Part shown: piece after piece, positions 1-11,120 of the stretch
Numbering within the stretch: the stretch's first letter is position 1
Layout: each line of letters starts with the position of its first letter
Assembly: GCA_034226945.1 (NCBI GenBank)
Contig: CP120464.1
Coordinates: forward strand, 620,001 to 684,000
Direction of reading: 5' to 3'
DNA length: 64,000 bases
Source of the DNA: Picochlorum sp. SENEW3
Taxonomy: Eukaryota
Made by a program: the position numbers and the translations under genes
Notes under the pieces: model-generated
What the model was told of the DNA's origin: nothing
The model's database searches: none
Seen by the model: only the letters and a program-made list of their open reading frames with translations

Positions 1-7
1 AGAGTAC

Positions 8-1186
8 GTGGATGCTCGAGAAGAAGTGACAAAAGCCGAGTTGCGGTATCAAGAGTGTTGTTGGACGGCCCTGTTCAATATCAAAGTCAGCAGGTGCCAA
101 GACGGACACCAGTGGCTGTTTGGAGGGCAGCTGTCCACGGACGGTGTCGACGTGTCGATGCAATATTATCGTCTGAAGACGGACGACGAAATTCGAGCCG
201 ACGAGGAGGAAAAGGAAAGGATAAAGGCCAGGGCGGCGGAGAAGGCGACAGAGTCTTCGACAGCAAAGCCGAGGAAGCGAAAACGAACGAGTAGGGCGGG
301 GCCAGGCACCCCGCAATCCTCGAATGTCTCCAGTCGAGGGAACCTGGACAGAGCAAAAGACCTGCTGGCCGCATCGCCCGACAACGCATGGGTCTTCGAT
401 CCAGGGCCCGATGGCCACGTGGGCATCAAGCTGGAGCAGGGCAAGATGAGGGAGCTCTGCCAGGAGAACAAGCGACACGGGGACTACGACCCGTTCGAGA
501 CGATGAGCCTGACCAACCACGAGATGCAATCGCGTGCGGGCATCCTCAAGCGAAAGGCGCTGGAACGGGCGTGGTCGCAGGCCAGGCCAGGCATCGGGGC
601 ATGGAAACAGGAGGCACCCACCAGAAAGGTCGGAACAGCAAGGGATATGTTGGCGTTCTGCAGAACGACCAATAGCCACCTGAACACGGTGTATGGATTT
701 TATTCCCAGAACTGTTTCCGGAGGCAAAGGTTCTCTGTGTACACGAGGACGCAACGAATGCTGGACTCCATGGTTGAACGGATCTGCGGGACGAAGGACA
801 GGGAGGCTCAGAGCAAGACCGTCGTTGTGTTTGGGGACGCCTCGATCAACTCGGGGAAACACGGAAAACAGAGGATCTGCTTTCGGGCCCTCAAGGACCT
901 GCTGCGGCAGAGGTGCTGTTTCATCGAGATTGGCGAGTTCCGAAGTAGCCAGTACTGCTGTGCCTGCCATGCCAAACTGGAGGACCCCCCCGCGGTGGGG
1001 CTTCACAAGCGCTGGAAAGTACGCCGTTGTATGAACAATGGATGTGAGCGTGCTTTCTGGCAACGAGACGTGAATGCAGCCATCAATCTCGCCAAGTTTT
1101 TCCTGTGGGAACTCAACGGCGAGGAGAAACCAACAGTCTTCCAAAGGCCTCGGACACGAGCAGAGGAGGACATCCCCGACGTGTGA
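8..1186 (+). CDS. Fanzor (eukaryotic TnpB-like RuvC nuclease), probably Fanzor1; 5' part lies outside the window
   Basis: LSTDGVDVS motif; RuvC-I WVFDPG; VVVFGDA; RuvC-II IEIGEFRSSQYCCACH; Zn-finger CMNNGC; RuvC-III WQRDVNAAINL; basic NLS-like KPRKRKR. The ORF is visibly GC-richer than neighbouring host genes and opens at a GTG at the window edge. Confidence 0.9.
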   Translation: MDAREEVTKAELRYQECCWTALFNIKVSRCQDGHQWLFGGQLSTDGVDVSMQYYRLKTDDEIRADEEEKERIKARAAEKATESSTAKPRKRKRTSRAGPGTPQSSNVSSRGNLDRAKDLLAASPDNAWVFDPGPDGHVGIKLEQGKMRELCQENKRHGDYDPFETMSLTNHEMQSRAGILKRKALERAWSQARPGIGAWKQEAPTRKVGTARDMLAFCRTTNSHLNTVYGFYSQNCFRRQRFSVYTRTQRMLDSMVERICGTKDREAQSKTVVVFGDASINSGKHGKQRICFRALKDLLRQRCCFIEIGEFRSSQYCCACHAKLEDPPAVGLHKRWKVRRCMNNGCERAFWQRDVNAAINLAKFFLWELNGEEKPTVFQRPRTRAEEDIPDV

Positions 1187-1262
1187 TACAACGGAAAACA
1201 CTACAGTCACATAGCTACATGCATATGATGTACAATATAAATACTATTATTACATTATATTT

Positions 1263-1398
1263 TCAATTTGACGTTGCTCTTGTGAGTCCCACTGACTGAT
1301 ATCGGAAGGACCATCAGGCAATCAATATCAATTTGTTATTGCTCCTGTGAGTCCCACTGACTGATATCGGAAGGACCATCTGGCATTCAATATCATTT
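1263..1398 (+). repeat. 65-bp-period tandem duplication (~2.1 copies) 3' of the Fanzor ORF
   Basis: ttgctc(t/c)tgtgagtcccactgactgatatcggaaggaccatc(a/t)ggca(a/t)tcaatatca starts at 1274 and at 1339; tcaatttg occurs at 1263 and 1328. Confidence 0.9.
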
Positions 1399-1811
1399 AT
1401 AGTTATATTTCTCATCCATTGGTATCGCATTGGAGTCGTGATCTGTCGTAGGGACTGATTTTGGAATCCCTCGACCCTAGGCAATCACAGCAAGGTACGG
1501 CATTGGGTTCTTTGATGGTGTGTATGGGTGCTATTTTAATAGTAATGAGAATAGATGGGAGCATTCTGCGATATGAGTGCTGCGTCAGGGTCAACCTCGA
1601 GTTCAGATCAATGACTGCAGCCACGATACGCCTTGTCGGCTCATGGGGGTATGGACATGGTTTTATATGGGATTTATAGTAAATGTATGGGGCGGATAGG
1701 GGCGCATTGTGTGTGATCGGTGCAATGAGCCGTCTTTGGGTTTGAATGTGATCTGTTCCGTTTTGTGCGCAGGCAGCTGTATTGTGCATTTAAATTTGGT
1801 TTATTAGATAT

Positions 1812-3047
1812 ATGAGTGATTTACATCCTCTTCAAGGGGAGGATGGTGGCGCAGTGAAGGTAGAGCCAGAGGTTGGTAGTGTAGTACAGGCAGAGCCTGA
1901 GGGTGCCCCCATGGATATTCCTGTAGAGCAAGAGGCTGTGCCTCTGTCGATTCGAACGAGTCGGCGGAGAAAGAGTCGACGGGATGATGAGATTGTGGGG
2001 GGGTCACTGCCGAACACGGCTGCTCACAATTTCCACCATCCCATGGTGTCTCGATTTTCCAAAGAGTATGACAGTAGCCCATACTCGACATCGCCTGGTC
2101 AGGCGAGTGGATATCAGAGCTCGGCGTATGGAACATCGCCATCCATGTTGGGTCGAGAGGGGAATATTCCTCTCGGGACGTCGCCATATGGGAGTGAGGC
2201 ATCATCAAAAAAGAGCCTGCCCTCATCCTTGACACATGGTAGCCCCATGGACAGATATATCCATAAAGCAGCGAGTGGAGGGATTTCGAAACGATCTGGA
2301 ACTCCAAGCAGACCGCCGTTACTGCCAGGCGGAGCATCTCCTCCGTCATCTGCCAAGTCTGGGAAGCATCGAGGTGTGCGGCAGCGTCCCTGGGGTAAAT
2401 GGGCTGCAGAAATTAGGGATCCCACCAGAGGTGCGAGGTTGTGGCTGGGTACATTTGACTCGTCAGTTGAGGCGGCTTTGGCGTATGATGCTGCCGCTAG
2501 ACGGATACGAGGAGCGTCTGCGATTACGAATTATAATGAAGAGGAGACGGAGGAGTTGGTCAAGCTGTATGGAGCTCCAGTCCTTCCAGACCCTGATGAA
2601 CCAAAGGAATCCAGGGGATCAAAACCCATGAATGGTGGGTCCAAGCATACAAAATCCTCAAGGTATACTTCAAATATTGAAAAGACACATTTGACCGGCT
2701 CCGCTCCTTCGTCTTATGCTGATTTTGGGGGGCGGCGATCAGCCAGGCAAAGTGCAAGGCCCCGGATTGATTTTTCTCAAATTGCCGAATCTTCAGAGAG
2801 CGCTGGTATATCGATGGATGACGATGACGATATGATGGTTGGAAGCATGGATGTTGGAGAAGATGAAGAAATCGCCAAGATTCTCCTCAATATGAAGGTG
2901 GGAGATTATGGTCCACCTGAGAGTACATCCCAAGACAGTGGGACGCAAAGTACTAGACCGAAACCGTTGCCTTCGCAAGCAGGGAAGCGGTATGGTACTA
3001 GAGCTTCCGCTGGTCTAAGAGTCAGTCGCAATTATGCTGATATGTAA
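1812..3047 (+). CDS. AP2/ERF transcription factor
   Basis: [19 protein letters not shown]...[28 protein letters not shown]2 domain. Confidence 0.93.
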   Translation: MSDLHPLQGEDGGAVKVEPEVGSVVQAEPEGAPMDIPVEQEAVPLSIRTSRRRKSRRDDEIVGGSLPNTAAHNFHHPMVSRFSKEYDSSPYSTSPGQASGYQSSAYGTSPSMLGREGNIPLGTSPYGSEASSKKSLPSSLTHGSPMDRYIHKAASGGISKRSGTPSRPPLLPGGASPPSSAKSGKHRGVRQRPWGKWAAEIRDPTRGARLWLGTFDSSVEAALAYDAAARRIRGASAITNYNEEETEELVKLYGAPVLPDPDEPKESRGSKPMNGGSKHTKSSRYTSNIEKTHLTGSAPSSYADFGGRRSARQSARPRIDFSQIAESSESAGISMDDDDDMMVGSMDVGEDEEIAKILLNMKVGDYGPPESTSQDSGTQSTRPKPLPSQAGKRYGTRASAGLRVSRNYADM

Positions 3048-3246
3048 CAATTTTGCTTCTTCTCTTCTCTAGAGGTCCTTCATTAATTGAGGGGATTGTA
3101 CACACATGTGTGTGCTGTACATGTACAGTAATCCAGGATTGTCCATTCTGGATCTGAGTGGATTCCGGCGACAAAACCCATGCAGAAGCAGAAATAAATC
3201 ACGATTATTATTTATTACAAGGACGTATCAGCCATTGGTTGAGAAG

Positions 3247-4719
3247 ATGAGGCGTCAGGTCGCGGCGTGGCTAGGGTCAGGGAAATTCCAAGCGTGTTGG
3301 AGTATAGGTTCGAGATGTGCCTCTTCTGCCTCGATAACCCTTCCTGAAATAGATTACACACCTCCTGTGTATAGTGGACCCAGTAAAGAAGAGGTATTGC
3401 GTTTGAGAGAGAAATACCTCAACCCAGGTTTGTCTTGAGTTTGTGTCTTCTTTACAGGTTTGACTCTTCTCACAATACGAATACGCCCTGCAGCTATTTT
3501 CTATCACTTTAAAGACCCGGTTATGATTACAGATGGGCACATGCAATATCTCTTTGATGAAAAGGGAAGGCGTTATTTAGATTTATTTGCTGGCATTGTC
3601 ACTGTGTCTGTGGGTCACTGTCACCCACGAGTGAATGCTGCAGTCATTGAGCAAACAAATCGACTACAGCATACAACAACTATCTATTTGAATAATCAAA
3701 TAGCTGAATATGCAAAGGAATTGGCGGATAAGATGCCTGGGAACTTGAAAAATGTGTATTTTGTCAACAGTGGCACAGAAGCCAATGAATTGGCTCTTCT
3801 CATGGCTCGGCTGTACACTGGAAATTACGACATGATTGCTCTTCGCAATGCATATCATGGAATTAGTGAGAGTACGTTGGGGGCATTGGGTTTGCACACA
3901 TGGAAGTATAACGTTCCAAGTGGATTTGGTATTCACCATGCTATGAATCCAGAGGGGTACAGAGGTCGATTTGGAACGGATGTGAATGAGTACGTTCAGG
4001 ATCTTCAAGAACTGATTCAATGTTCAACATCAGGAAGTATTGCTGGATTTATTGCGGAAACTATCCAAGGAGTTGGGGGTGCAGTGCCGCTACTTGATGG
4101 GTATCTCGACCAGGCATATAAAGTTGTTCGCGAGCATGGTGGTGTATGTATTGCTGATGAAGTGCAGACTGGGTTTGGACGGACTGGAACCAAATATTTT
4201 GGCTTTGAGAATCAAGGAGTCATTCCGGATATTGTCACAATGGCCAAAGGCATCGGAAATGGCCTTCCATTGGCTGCTGTTGTGACCACACCTGACATTG
4301 CCAACACATTGAAAAGAAAACTTCATTTTAATACATTTGGCGGAAATCCCGTCTCTTCTGCCGCTGGAAGAGCCGTTTTAAAGGTCATAGAGGAGGATAA
4401 GTTGCAAGAAAATTCACATATCGTTGGAACGTACCTCCTGGAAAAACTCTCAGCGCTGGCTGACAAGCACGACATCATTGGTGATGTGCGAGGCAAGGGC
4501 CTCATGGTTGGCGTGGAGCTCGTGAAAGATAGAGCGACAAAATCCCCATCTGTGGAAGAAACAGGTCACATTTTTGAAAAGGCGAAAGATATGGGTGTGC
4601 TCTTGGGAAAGGGGGGCTTGTTTGGTAATGTCTTTCGCATCAAACCACCAATGTGCATATCAAAACAGGATGTAGATTATTTGATCCACGTCCTCGACGA
4701 ATCGATGCAATCCTTGTAA
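3247..4719 (+). CDS. AGT2: Alanine-glyoxylate aminotransferase 2 (class III aminotransferase), mitochondrial; intron 3428-3493
   Basis: [11 protein letters not shown] and [12 protein letters not shown] motifs; [18 protein letters not shown]; first exon [19 protein letters not shown] joined through GT..AG. Confidence 0.9.
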
Positions 4720-4772
4720 ATATTTCATTTCATACACTAATCTCTTGTAAAATTACAGTTATTTTATGTATT

Positions 4773-5441
4773 TTATTCCGCCCCATCGTTGTCTGTCTTG
4801 GGACTCTTGTGTACATCATCAGGGACACCCACATCCTCACTCTTTCGTTTTCCCTTCTTCTTACTCTCCTTGAAAGCTACAAAGTGTGCCCTTAGCGGCT
4901 CGACAAATTCACCAAATTCTGTATCTTCTAGTCCCTGAAACACGTCTTGCACCCCAAGAGTCTGCCGCTTTGCCTCAATGCAGAGATCATTTGCTGCACA
5001 TGTCAGGTAATGTATAAATAGCTTGGCCGCGACATCAAAAGCCACAAGCGAATCCTTGTTCACCTGCACATCCACAACCGCCCCTTCTTTACTTTTACAA
5101 ACTTCTTGATCCATCTGCTCTTTCACAAGCCGCTTCAATAACGACTTTGGAAAGCTAATGTCTTCCTCTTGCTGCTGCTGCTGCTGCTGCTCGTCCTCTC
5201 CTTCTTGCTGCTCGTCTTCTTCTTCTTGCTGTGGCTCCTCTTCTTCCTCTTGCTGTGGCTCCTCTTCTTCCTCTTGCTGTGGCTCCTCTTCTTCCTCTTG
5301 CTGAGGCTCCTCTTCTTCCTCTTGCTGAGGCTCCTCTTCTGGCTGCTCCATAGGCTCCTCACCAACACCAACTGCAATGTCCTCTATATCACCACCTACT
5401 ACTCCAGGCTGCTCAGGACGATCATCCTCCATTTTATTCAC
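4773..5441 (-). CDS. Histone-fold protein, DPB4/POLE3/CHRAC17-like
   Basis: FPKSLLKRLVK...VNKDSLVAFDVAAKLFIHYLT...AKRQTLGVQDVFQGL histone-fold pattern with an acidic N-terminus. Confidence 0.8.
   Translation of the reverse strand: MNKMEDDRPEQPGVVGGDIEDIAVGVGEEPMEQPEEEPQQEEEEEPQQEEEEEPQQEEEEEPQQEEEEEPQQEEEDEQQEGEDEQQQQQQQEEDISFPKSLLKRLVKEQMDQEVCKSKEGAVVDVQVNKDSLVAFDVAAKLFIHYLTCAANDLCIEAKRQTLGVQDVFQGLEDTEFGEFVEPLRAHFVAFKESKKKGKRKSEDVGVPDDVHKSPKTDNDGAE
5170..5345. repeat. Coding 24-bp tandem repeat (PQQEEEEE) plus a CAG run
   Basis: Repeated ggctcctcttcttcctcttgctg(t/a) units and a (ctg)n tract. Confidence 0.85.
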
Positions 5442-5769
5442 TAATTCTGTATTCTAAGTAGCGACAATATGGCGATTCCTCAAATAAAAGCAATGTGTCC
5501 GTCACAGAACGTATTTTTTGAATTTTGAATTTTCCAAAAACTTCCCTTCACTCTGATCCCGTCGATCAGTTGATTTCGCTCTGAGTACAGCACTGGATTC
5601 ATATGAAACATATCAATTCTTAAATACGTAAATCGTACCGGGAGCGACTCGAAAGGATGGATTCATATAGGCCATAATTAGACTATTAAAAATGCAAATG
5701 CTACTGAGTGATCGTGGATACTCGCCCTCATGGCAATGCAGTATGATAATTTGCTAAAACAAGGGTAAA

Positions 5770-8329
5770 ATGGCTCCGAATAAAGCCGAGACGAAAGAAC
5801 GGCTGACAGCCGTTGTGTTGGCAGACAGCTTTACAAAGGTACGATGGCGTTTCGTTTCTTAAGGAAAGCGGGGATAGAGGTTTTGGTCTGCACTTATGTG
5901 TGAATTTAAGGATATGAGACACCTACGCGCGACAGAGGCGCAAGGTTTGTCCGCAAACACCCATCTTCAAGGTACCTGAGAGATTTGTAGTGGCTCATTC
6001 TACCGAGTGTATCTGCGTGCAGCATTTTCAACCTGTGACGATCGAGACTGCAAAGGTGTTGCTGCCCCTTGCGAACACGCCCATGATTGATTACACTCTG
6101 GAATGGTTGGTCATGAATGGGATGGAGGAAATTTATATTCTTTGCTGTGCGCATGCACATCAAATTGAGAATCATTTGAATCGGGTTGGGTGGTTGCAGC
6201 GACAGAATGTGTCAATCCACGTTATTGTGTCGTCTGATTGCTTGTCGGTGGGGGATGCTATGCGAATGTTGGACCATAAGGATGTGTTGACATCAGATTT
6301 TGTGCTTGTGTCTGGGGATGTGATTACGAATATCAATTTGGGAAAAGCTCTGAACGAGCATAAATCGAGAAGAAAGACTGATAAATCTGCCATCATGACA
6401 ATGGTTTTGAAAGGAGGCATGTACTCGGATCATAGATTGAGGCTGGGTGATCTGGGGGCTTTGACAGTCATGGATGCCTCCACCAAGCGTTTGCTTCGAT
6501 TTGAAGAAAAGCGGGATCATGATGTTTTTAATTATGACGATGCAAAGAATACAGATATTCATATAGATTTGTCGCTGTTTGGCGGAAGAGATGAAATCAC
6601 CTTGAGGAATGACTTGATTGATACAGGGATTTACATATGCTCACCTGATGTTCTCATGCTGTTTTCGGACAACTTTGATTACCAAAATGTGAGAAAAGAT
6701 TTTGTGACTGGTGTTTTGAGTGAAGAAGAGTTAGGCAATAAATTATATTTGCACGAAGTTTCTGATAAATATGCGACCAGGCTTCGATCCTTCAGATGTT
6801 ACGCTGCTGTGACAAAGGACATTCTTTCTCGATGGACGTATCCCTTTGTCCCGGATGCAAACTTGTTCAAACAAGACAACCGAATGATGGATGGTGGTGG
6901 ATTAGCACAGCAGCGCTGGGGTCCCCCTGAAACGCAGTATTCGTATTCGAAAGGCAAGGTGTACATTGATGATTGTGTGTCTATTGCAAGGACTGCAACC
7001 ATACAGCATTCTGTGTGCATTGGGTGTGGAACCGTTGTTGGCCCAGCTGCTATTATACGAGATAGTGTTATCGGCAAGAATTGTCGCATCGGACAAAACG
7101 CGGTTATTATCGGTAGTATTATTGGAGATGATGTTAGGATTGACTCTGGAGTCCGTGTCGAAGAGAGCATGCTCTGTGATGGAGTTGCCGTCAAGCAAAA
7201 TGCTTCCATCAAGCCGAATTGCATTCTCTCATATAATGTTGTGATTGACCATGATGTGACAGTGAATTCAGATTCGAGACTGTCTCTGGCCAAGCCTGTC
7301 GAGGGAGGGCAGGTGATTAGTGGCAGTGATGAGGATGAGTATTCCTTGGGAACTTCTCCAGGGGGGTTCAGTGCTGGAGGCTACTCCGAGGATGGTATAG
7401 AAAATGCAGTCACTCCTGCTGCTCGAAGTGCTGCCATGGCACTGGCGAATGGTGGTGTTCCAGAGGCAGACATGGATTTTACCCCAGTTGTGGGGCAAAT
7501 GGGAGCAGGATACATCTGGAGGACACAAACCAGTGGAAATCAAATATCTGCCGCAGGAAGATCTCTAGCATATGATATTGAAGCCCTCACCCTGGAGGAG
7601 AGCAAGTGGGTATCACATACATTTGTCATGGAGGAAGACAGCCTCCTGGCTTGTGGACGTGCCCAAGAGTCCTCCAGCGACTCTGAGGCAAACGATGATG
7701 CCATGGAAATGATGGAGGACCATCATTTCAAACAGGAGGTAGCAGAAACATTCTTGAGATGTATTAAAGAAAACATATCACAGGAAAACGTCGTCATTGA
7801 ACTCAACGGCCTGAAAATTGCTGAAGACAAGACCTTTGCTGATTGTGCCCGCTTCATCATGACAACAGCCCTTGGCCTCTGCCTCCCAGCTCCTCCCTTT
7901 GTCATTGACGAATACAAGTCGCTGTATTCCAGTGAAGAACCGACTTCCACGAAAGAGGGCAAGTTGGAATTGTTGAAAAAAGCATTGGGAACAATGCAAC
8001 GGTGGGCATCCCTGCTCCATAAGTTTCTAAAGAATGAAGATGACCAAGTCGAGGTTCTCCTCACATTGGAAGAGTTCTGCAATGAGGAGGGCGATTTCGA
8101 AACAAGTGGAGAGAAAGGAAAATTCTTTGCTGAGATTTTCCCGCAACTCTTGAAGATCATGTACGAATTAGACGTCATCACAGAACAGGCCTTTCTGGCC
8201 TGGGCAGAGGAAAAGGAGTTGGCAAGCGAACACGAGAAGAAATTCCTCCATCTCGCAGCACCATTTCTACAGTGGCTCGAAGAAGCCGAAGAAGAAGACT
8301 CGGAAGAAGAAGAGTCGGAAGAAGAGTAA
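5770..8329 (+). CDS. Translation initiation factor eIF2B epsilon subunit (introns at the 5' end)
   Basis: First exon MAPNKAETKERLTAVVLADSF; KVLLPLANTPMIDYTLEWL; LFSDNFDYQ; hexapeptide LbH repeats; C-terminal W2 domain (FLQWLEEAEEE). Confidence 0.92.
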
Positions 8330-8360
8330 AATACAATTCTTACTGTATTACATGTGTATT

Positions 8361-8651
8361 TTAGTCATCTCCAAGCGCCTCCAAGGCCTCCATGGTAATA
8401 ATTGAATTCCCCCGCACCATCACCATCCCCAGCTCCACCTTTCCCTTCTCATCTATAGTATTGTCCAAGCAAATATTTGCAAACGTATCATACCCGCGGA
8501 GAACCCCTGTCACATGCCTATTCCCATTCATCTTGACTGAAATCTTCTTGTCCATAAAATTCTTCAACTCTGGAGGCAGTACTTTGACCTGAATATAGAG
8601 CAGTAACATTATTAATGTATTTTAGAGTCGAATCATGACCATACATACCAT
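8361..8651 (-). CDS. SNRPG: Small nuclear ribonucleoprotein Sm G
   Basis: PPELKNFMDKKISVKMNGNRHVTGVLRGYD...GMVMVRGNSIITMEALE; the ATG at 8651 is followed immediately by a GTATGT intron. Confidence 0.88.
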
Positions 8652-8994
8652 GATGGAGAGCTATTCAGCAAAAACCTGCCGTAAAGATTCTGAAATACAC
8701 GGTAATGGTTCCCCGATGTCTATGCAACCTTCACCACTACTTATTTTTATAGATACTATTTTTTCATCAATGATGGTATCACAAATCAGCGACAGATTCA
8801 CCATGAACCGATTTGTATTTATTCTATCGTATTACGGAGAGCATGCGTCTTTTTTTCCTTGTCGGCCCATACAGAGCAATTGCCACGCCCATAGATGCCA
8901 GTCTTTGAACATATTGAATAGTGTAGTAGTCGTGTGGAGAACAAGGGAAGTCCGAGTACCTGTGCAGTTGTCGGAATATCCGGACGCAGCACGC

Positions 8995-9990
8995 ATGAAG
9001 TTTGCAAGCGTGCTTCGGGAGGGATTAGACATCCTTCCTGATACGGAGGATTTGTTTAAAAAATACAAGCATCTCAAAAAGTCGCTGAAGAGGTTCTCTG
9101 ATGCGACTCAGGGGAGTGGCGCCGGGCCACGGGGTTCTGGAGTGGACGTGGCTACTCCGTCGACGTCGCCGAACAATACAGGCAAGCTGCAGTATAGTCA
9201 AATAGTTGATGATGAAGAGGGTCAGATGGAGGGGAAGCGAAAGCAGCACCCGGCAGCTGATGGGGAGGAAGAGGAGAAGGGGGCAAAAAAGACACGGGCT
9301 GCAGAGGATGATGCAAATGCAGCCATGGAGAGCATGGAGGCTCGTTTTATTGCAGCGATCACGTCCGATGTGATGGATTTGAATGAAAAGTATATTGAGA
9401 AGGAGGAGGACTTTATTATTGCGTGGGGTAATATTGAGGAGAAGATGAGTGCCTGTTCAACAAAGGAAGACAAGATTGCATTGTATTCAGACTTGGTTGA
9501 CTTCCATGGTAATTTGGTGATGCTGTTGCATTGGTCTATGCTGGCGTATACGGGTCTTGTGAAGATATTAAAAAAGCATTATAAAAGGACAGGGTTGACA
9601 GTGAATGCGCCCCATCTGAAGGATTTGTTACGGCAACCATTTTGTTCTGTTGGCATGGCATGCAATATGCTGAGCAAAGCAGAGGAGGTTGCGTTGTCTA
9701 TATCCAAGGATTTAGGGATGGACCCCGTGCTTCCAACGAATGTTTCTTCGTTGATTTTGGCGAATAAGAAGGACATGGTGGATCTGGCCAGCGAAGATGT
9801 GGAGGAAGATCTGTACCCCATAGAGACAGCATCTGCGATTGAGAGGGCAAAGACAGCGCTGCAAACGTGGAATGTGTTGCAAAAGACTGCGGCAACTCCA
9901 TCAACTGGTATTGCAAGAGAAACGGGAGGCAATGCAAAGCAGAGTACTGAAAAATTGGATGAACTTGTGACGGACAGTTCTGCCGTCTGA
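8995..9990 (+). CDS. SPX-domain protein (phosphate signalling)
   Basis: Starts MKFASVL...KYKHLKKSLK; YIEKEEDFII; DFHGNLVMLLHWSMLAYTGLVKILKKHYKRTG, typical of SPX1-4-like proteins. Confidence 0.92.
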   Translation: MKFASVLREGLDILPDTEDLFKKYKHLKKSLKRFSDATQGSGAGPRGSGVDVATPSTSPNNTGKLQYSQIVDDEEGQMEGKRKQHPAADGEEEEKGAKKTRAAEDDANAAMESMEARFIAAITSDVMDLNEKYIEKEEDFIIAWGNIEEKMSACSTKEDKIALYSDLVDFHGNLVMLLHWSMLAYTGLVKILKKHYKRTGLTVNAPHLKDLLRQPFCSVGMACNMLSKAEEVALSISKDLGMDPVLPTNVSSLILANKKDMVDLASEDVEEDLYPIETASAIERAKTALQTWNVLQKTAATPSTGIARETGGNAKQSTEKLDELVTDSSAV

Positions 9991-10123
9991 GTTGTTTTTT
10001 TTTCTAATTTTTTTCCTACCCAGCAAGCTTGAGCCCCTTACGGGCGAATAGATGGACACGATTCAATTGATGAGATGAGCTTCGTCAGAATAATAACAAG
10101 AATAATGATCTACGGTATCTGCA

Positions 10124-10909
10124 CTAGATTCGTTGAATTATAGCCTGTGGATTTTTTTGAATGTAATCCTCCTCGAGTTGCACAAGCTCATGCCTCACAG
10201 AATCCAACACCTCCGGTCCCATTCGATCACAAAATAATGTTCCTTGTAAATGGTCGTACTCATGCTGGAATATTCGAGCCGGAAATTTATCAATGTTCAT
10301 AAAGAAGGATTTCCCAGACAGATCCTGTGCTTTCACTCGCACCTTGCCAGGCCTCACAACATCTCCATAAATCTTGGGGAATGATAAGCATCCTTCTTCA
10401 AACACTTTTTTATCTTTACTAAAGCTAATAATCCTCGGATTCACAAGCACCACCTCGGCTTCTTTTCGATCCTTCTCTCCAGTCTCATTGAACACCATCA
10501 TCCTCACATTCACCCCCACCTGGGGGGCAGCCAACCCAACTCCATCATCATCGTACATGATCTCAAACATCTCCTCCGCCAATCGCCGTAAATTATCATC
10601 AAAGCAGTCTATTATAGCATTTGGAGCACGTAGCACTGGATCCGGGTACTTGACAATGGACAATGGGCTCGTCCATTGCACAGAGTCTTTCAAGACTGGA
10701 CCAGTAAGCTGTTCCTCCTCCTCCTCATTCTCCCCCTTGGCATCCAGCAATTCTTGCAATGCTCGTCTCGCACCTCTCGCATTCGCCATGACTGATTTTC
10801 TCTTTGAATTCCCGCGAAAATACTGCACCGCACCCCTTCTTTGCTGTCGCTGACAGGCAGAGGCAATCGCATGTGCCACTCGCGTTCTCACGGCATTTGC
10901 CATGGTCAT
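10124..10909 (-). CDS. PDF1B: Peptide deformylase 1B, organellar
   Basis: GVGLAAPQVG, EEGCLS and QHEYDH motifs; transit-peptide-like N-terminus. Confidence 0.92.
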   Translation of the reverse strand: MTMANAVRTRVAHAIASACQRQQRRGAVQYFRGNSKRKSVMANARGARRALQELLDAKGENEEEEEQLTGPVLKDSVQWTSPLSIVKYPDPVLRAPNAIIDCFDDNLRRLAEEMFEIMYDDDGVGLAAPQVGVNVRMMVFNETGEKDRKEAEVVLVNPRIISFSKDKKVFEEGCLSFPKIYGDVVRPGKVRVKAQDLSGKSFFMNIDKFPARIFQHEYDHLQGTLFCDRMGPEVLDSVRHELVQLEEDYIQKNPQAIIQRI

Positions 10910-11120
10910 TGTATGCCTTTATTCTTAATTTTGTATGTATGTATCTGAATATTCTGAGACTGGCGGTGTTTGCGACAATGAGCAGCATCAAGCAAGGATA
11001 TTTTATTTAATGTTTTGATTAGGGAAGAATTCTTCTTTGTTTCTTGTAGTGTACCGTGTGCTTTGCTGATGATACAGTATCATTAAATTGAATTTGTTGT
11101 TGTTGTTCAGAGTAGTAGAT

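Noticed and set aside
1263..1398. CRISPR array next to a Cas12-like gene
   Set aside because: There are only ~2 units, contiguous at a 65-bp period with no unique spacers. The context is eukaryotic and the nuclease motifs fit Fanzor/TnpB.
8635..8994. N-terminal extension of the SPX ORF (and 27826-28329 for ArsM)
   Set aside because: SPX domains start at MKF and ArsM homology starts near 28330. The extensions are open frames running through promoter DNA.
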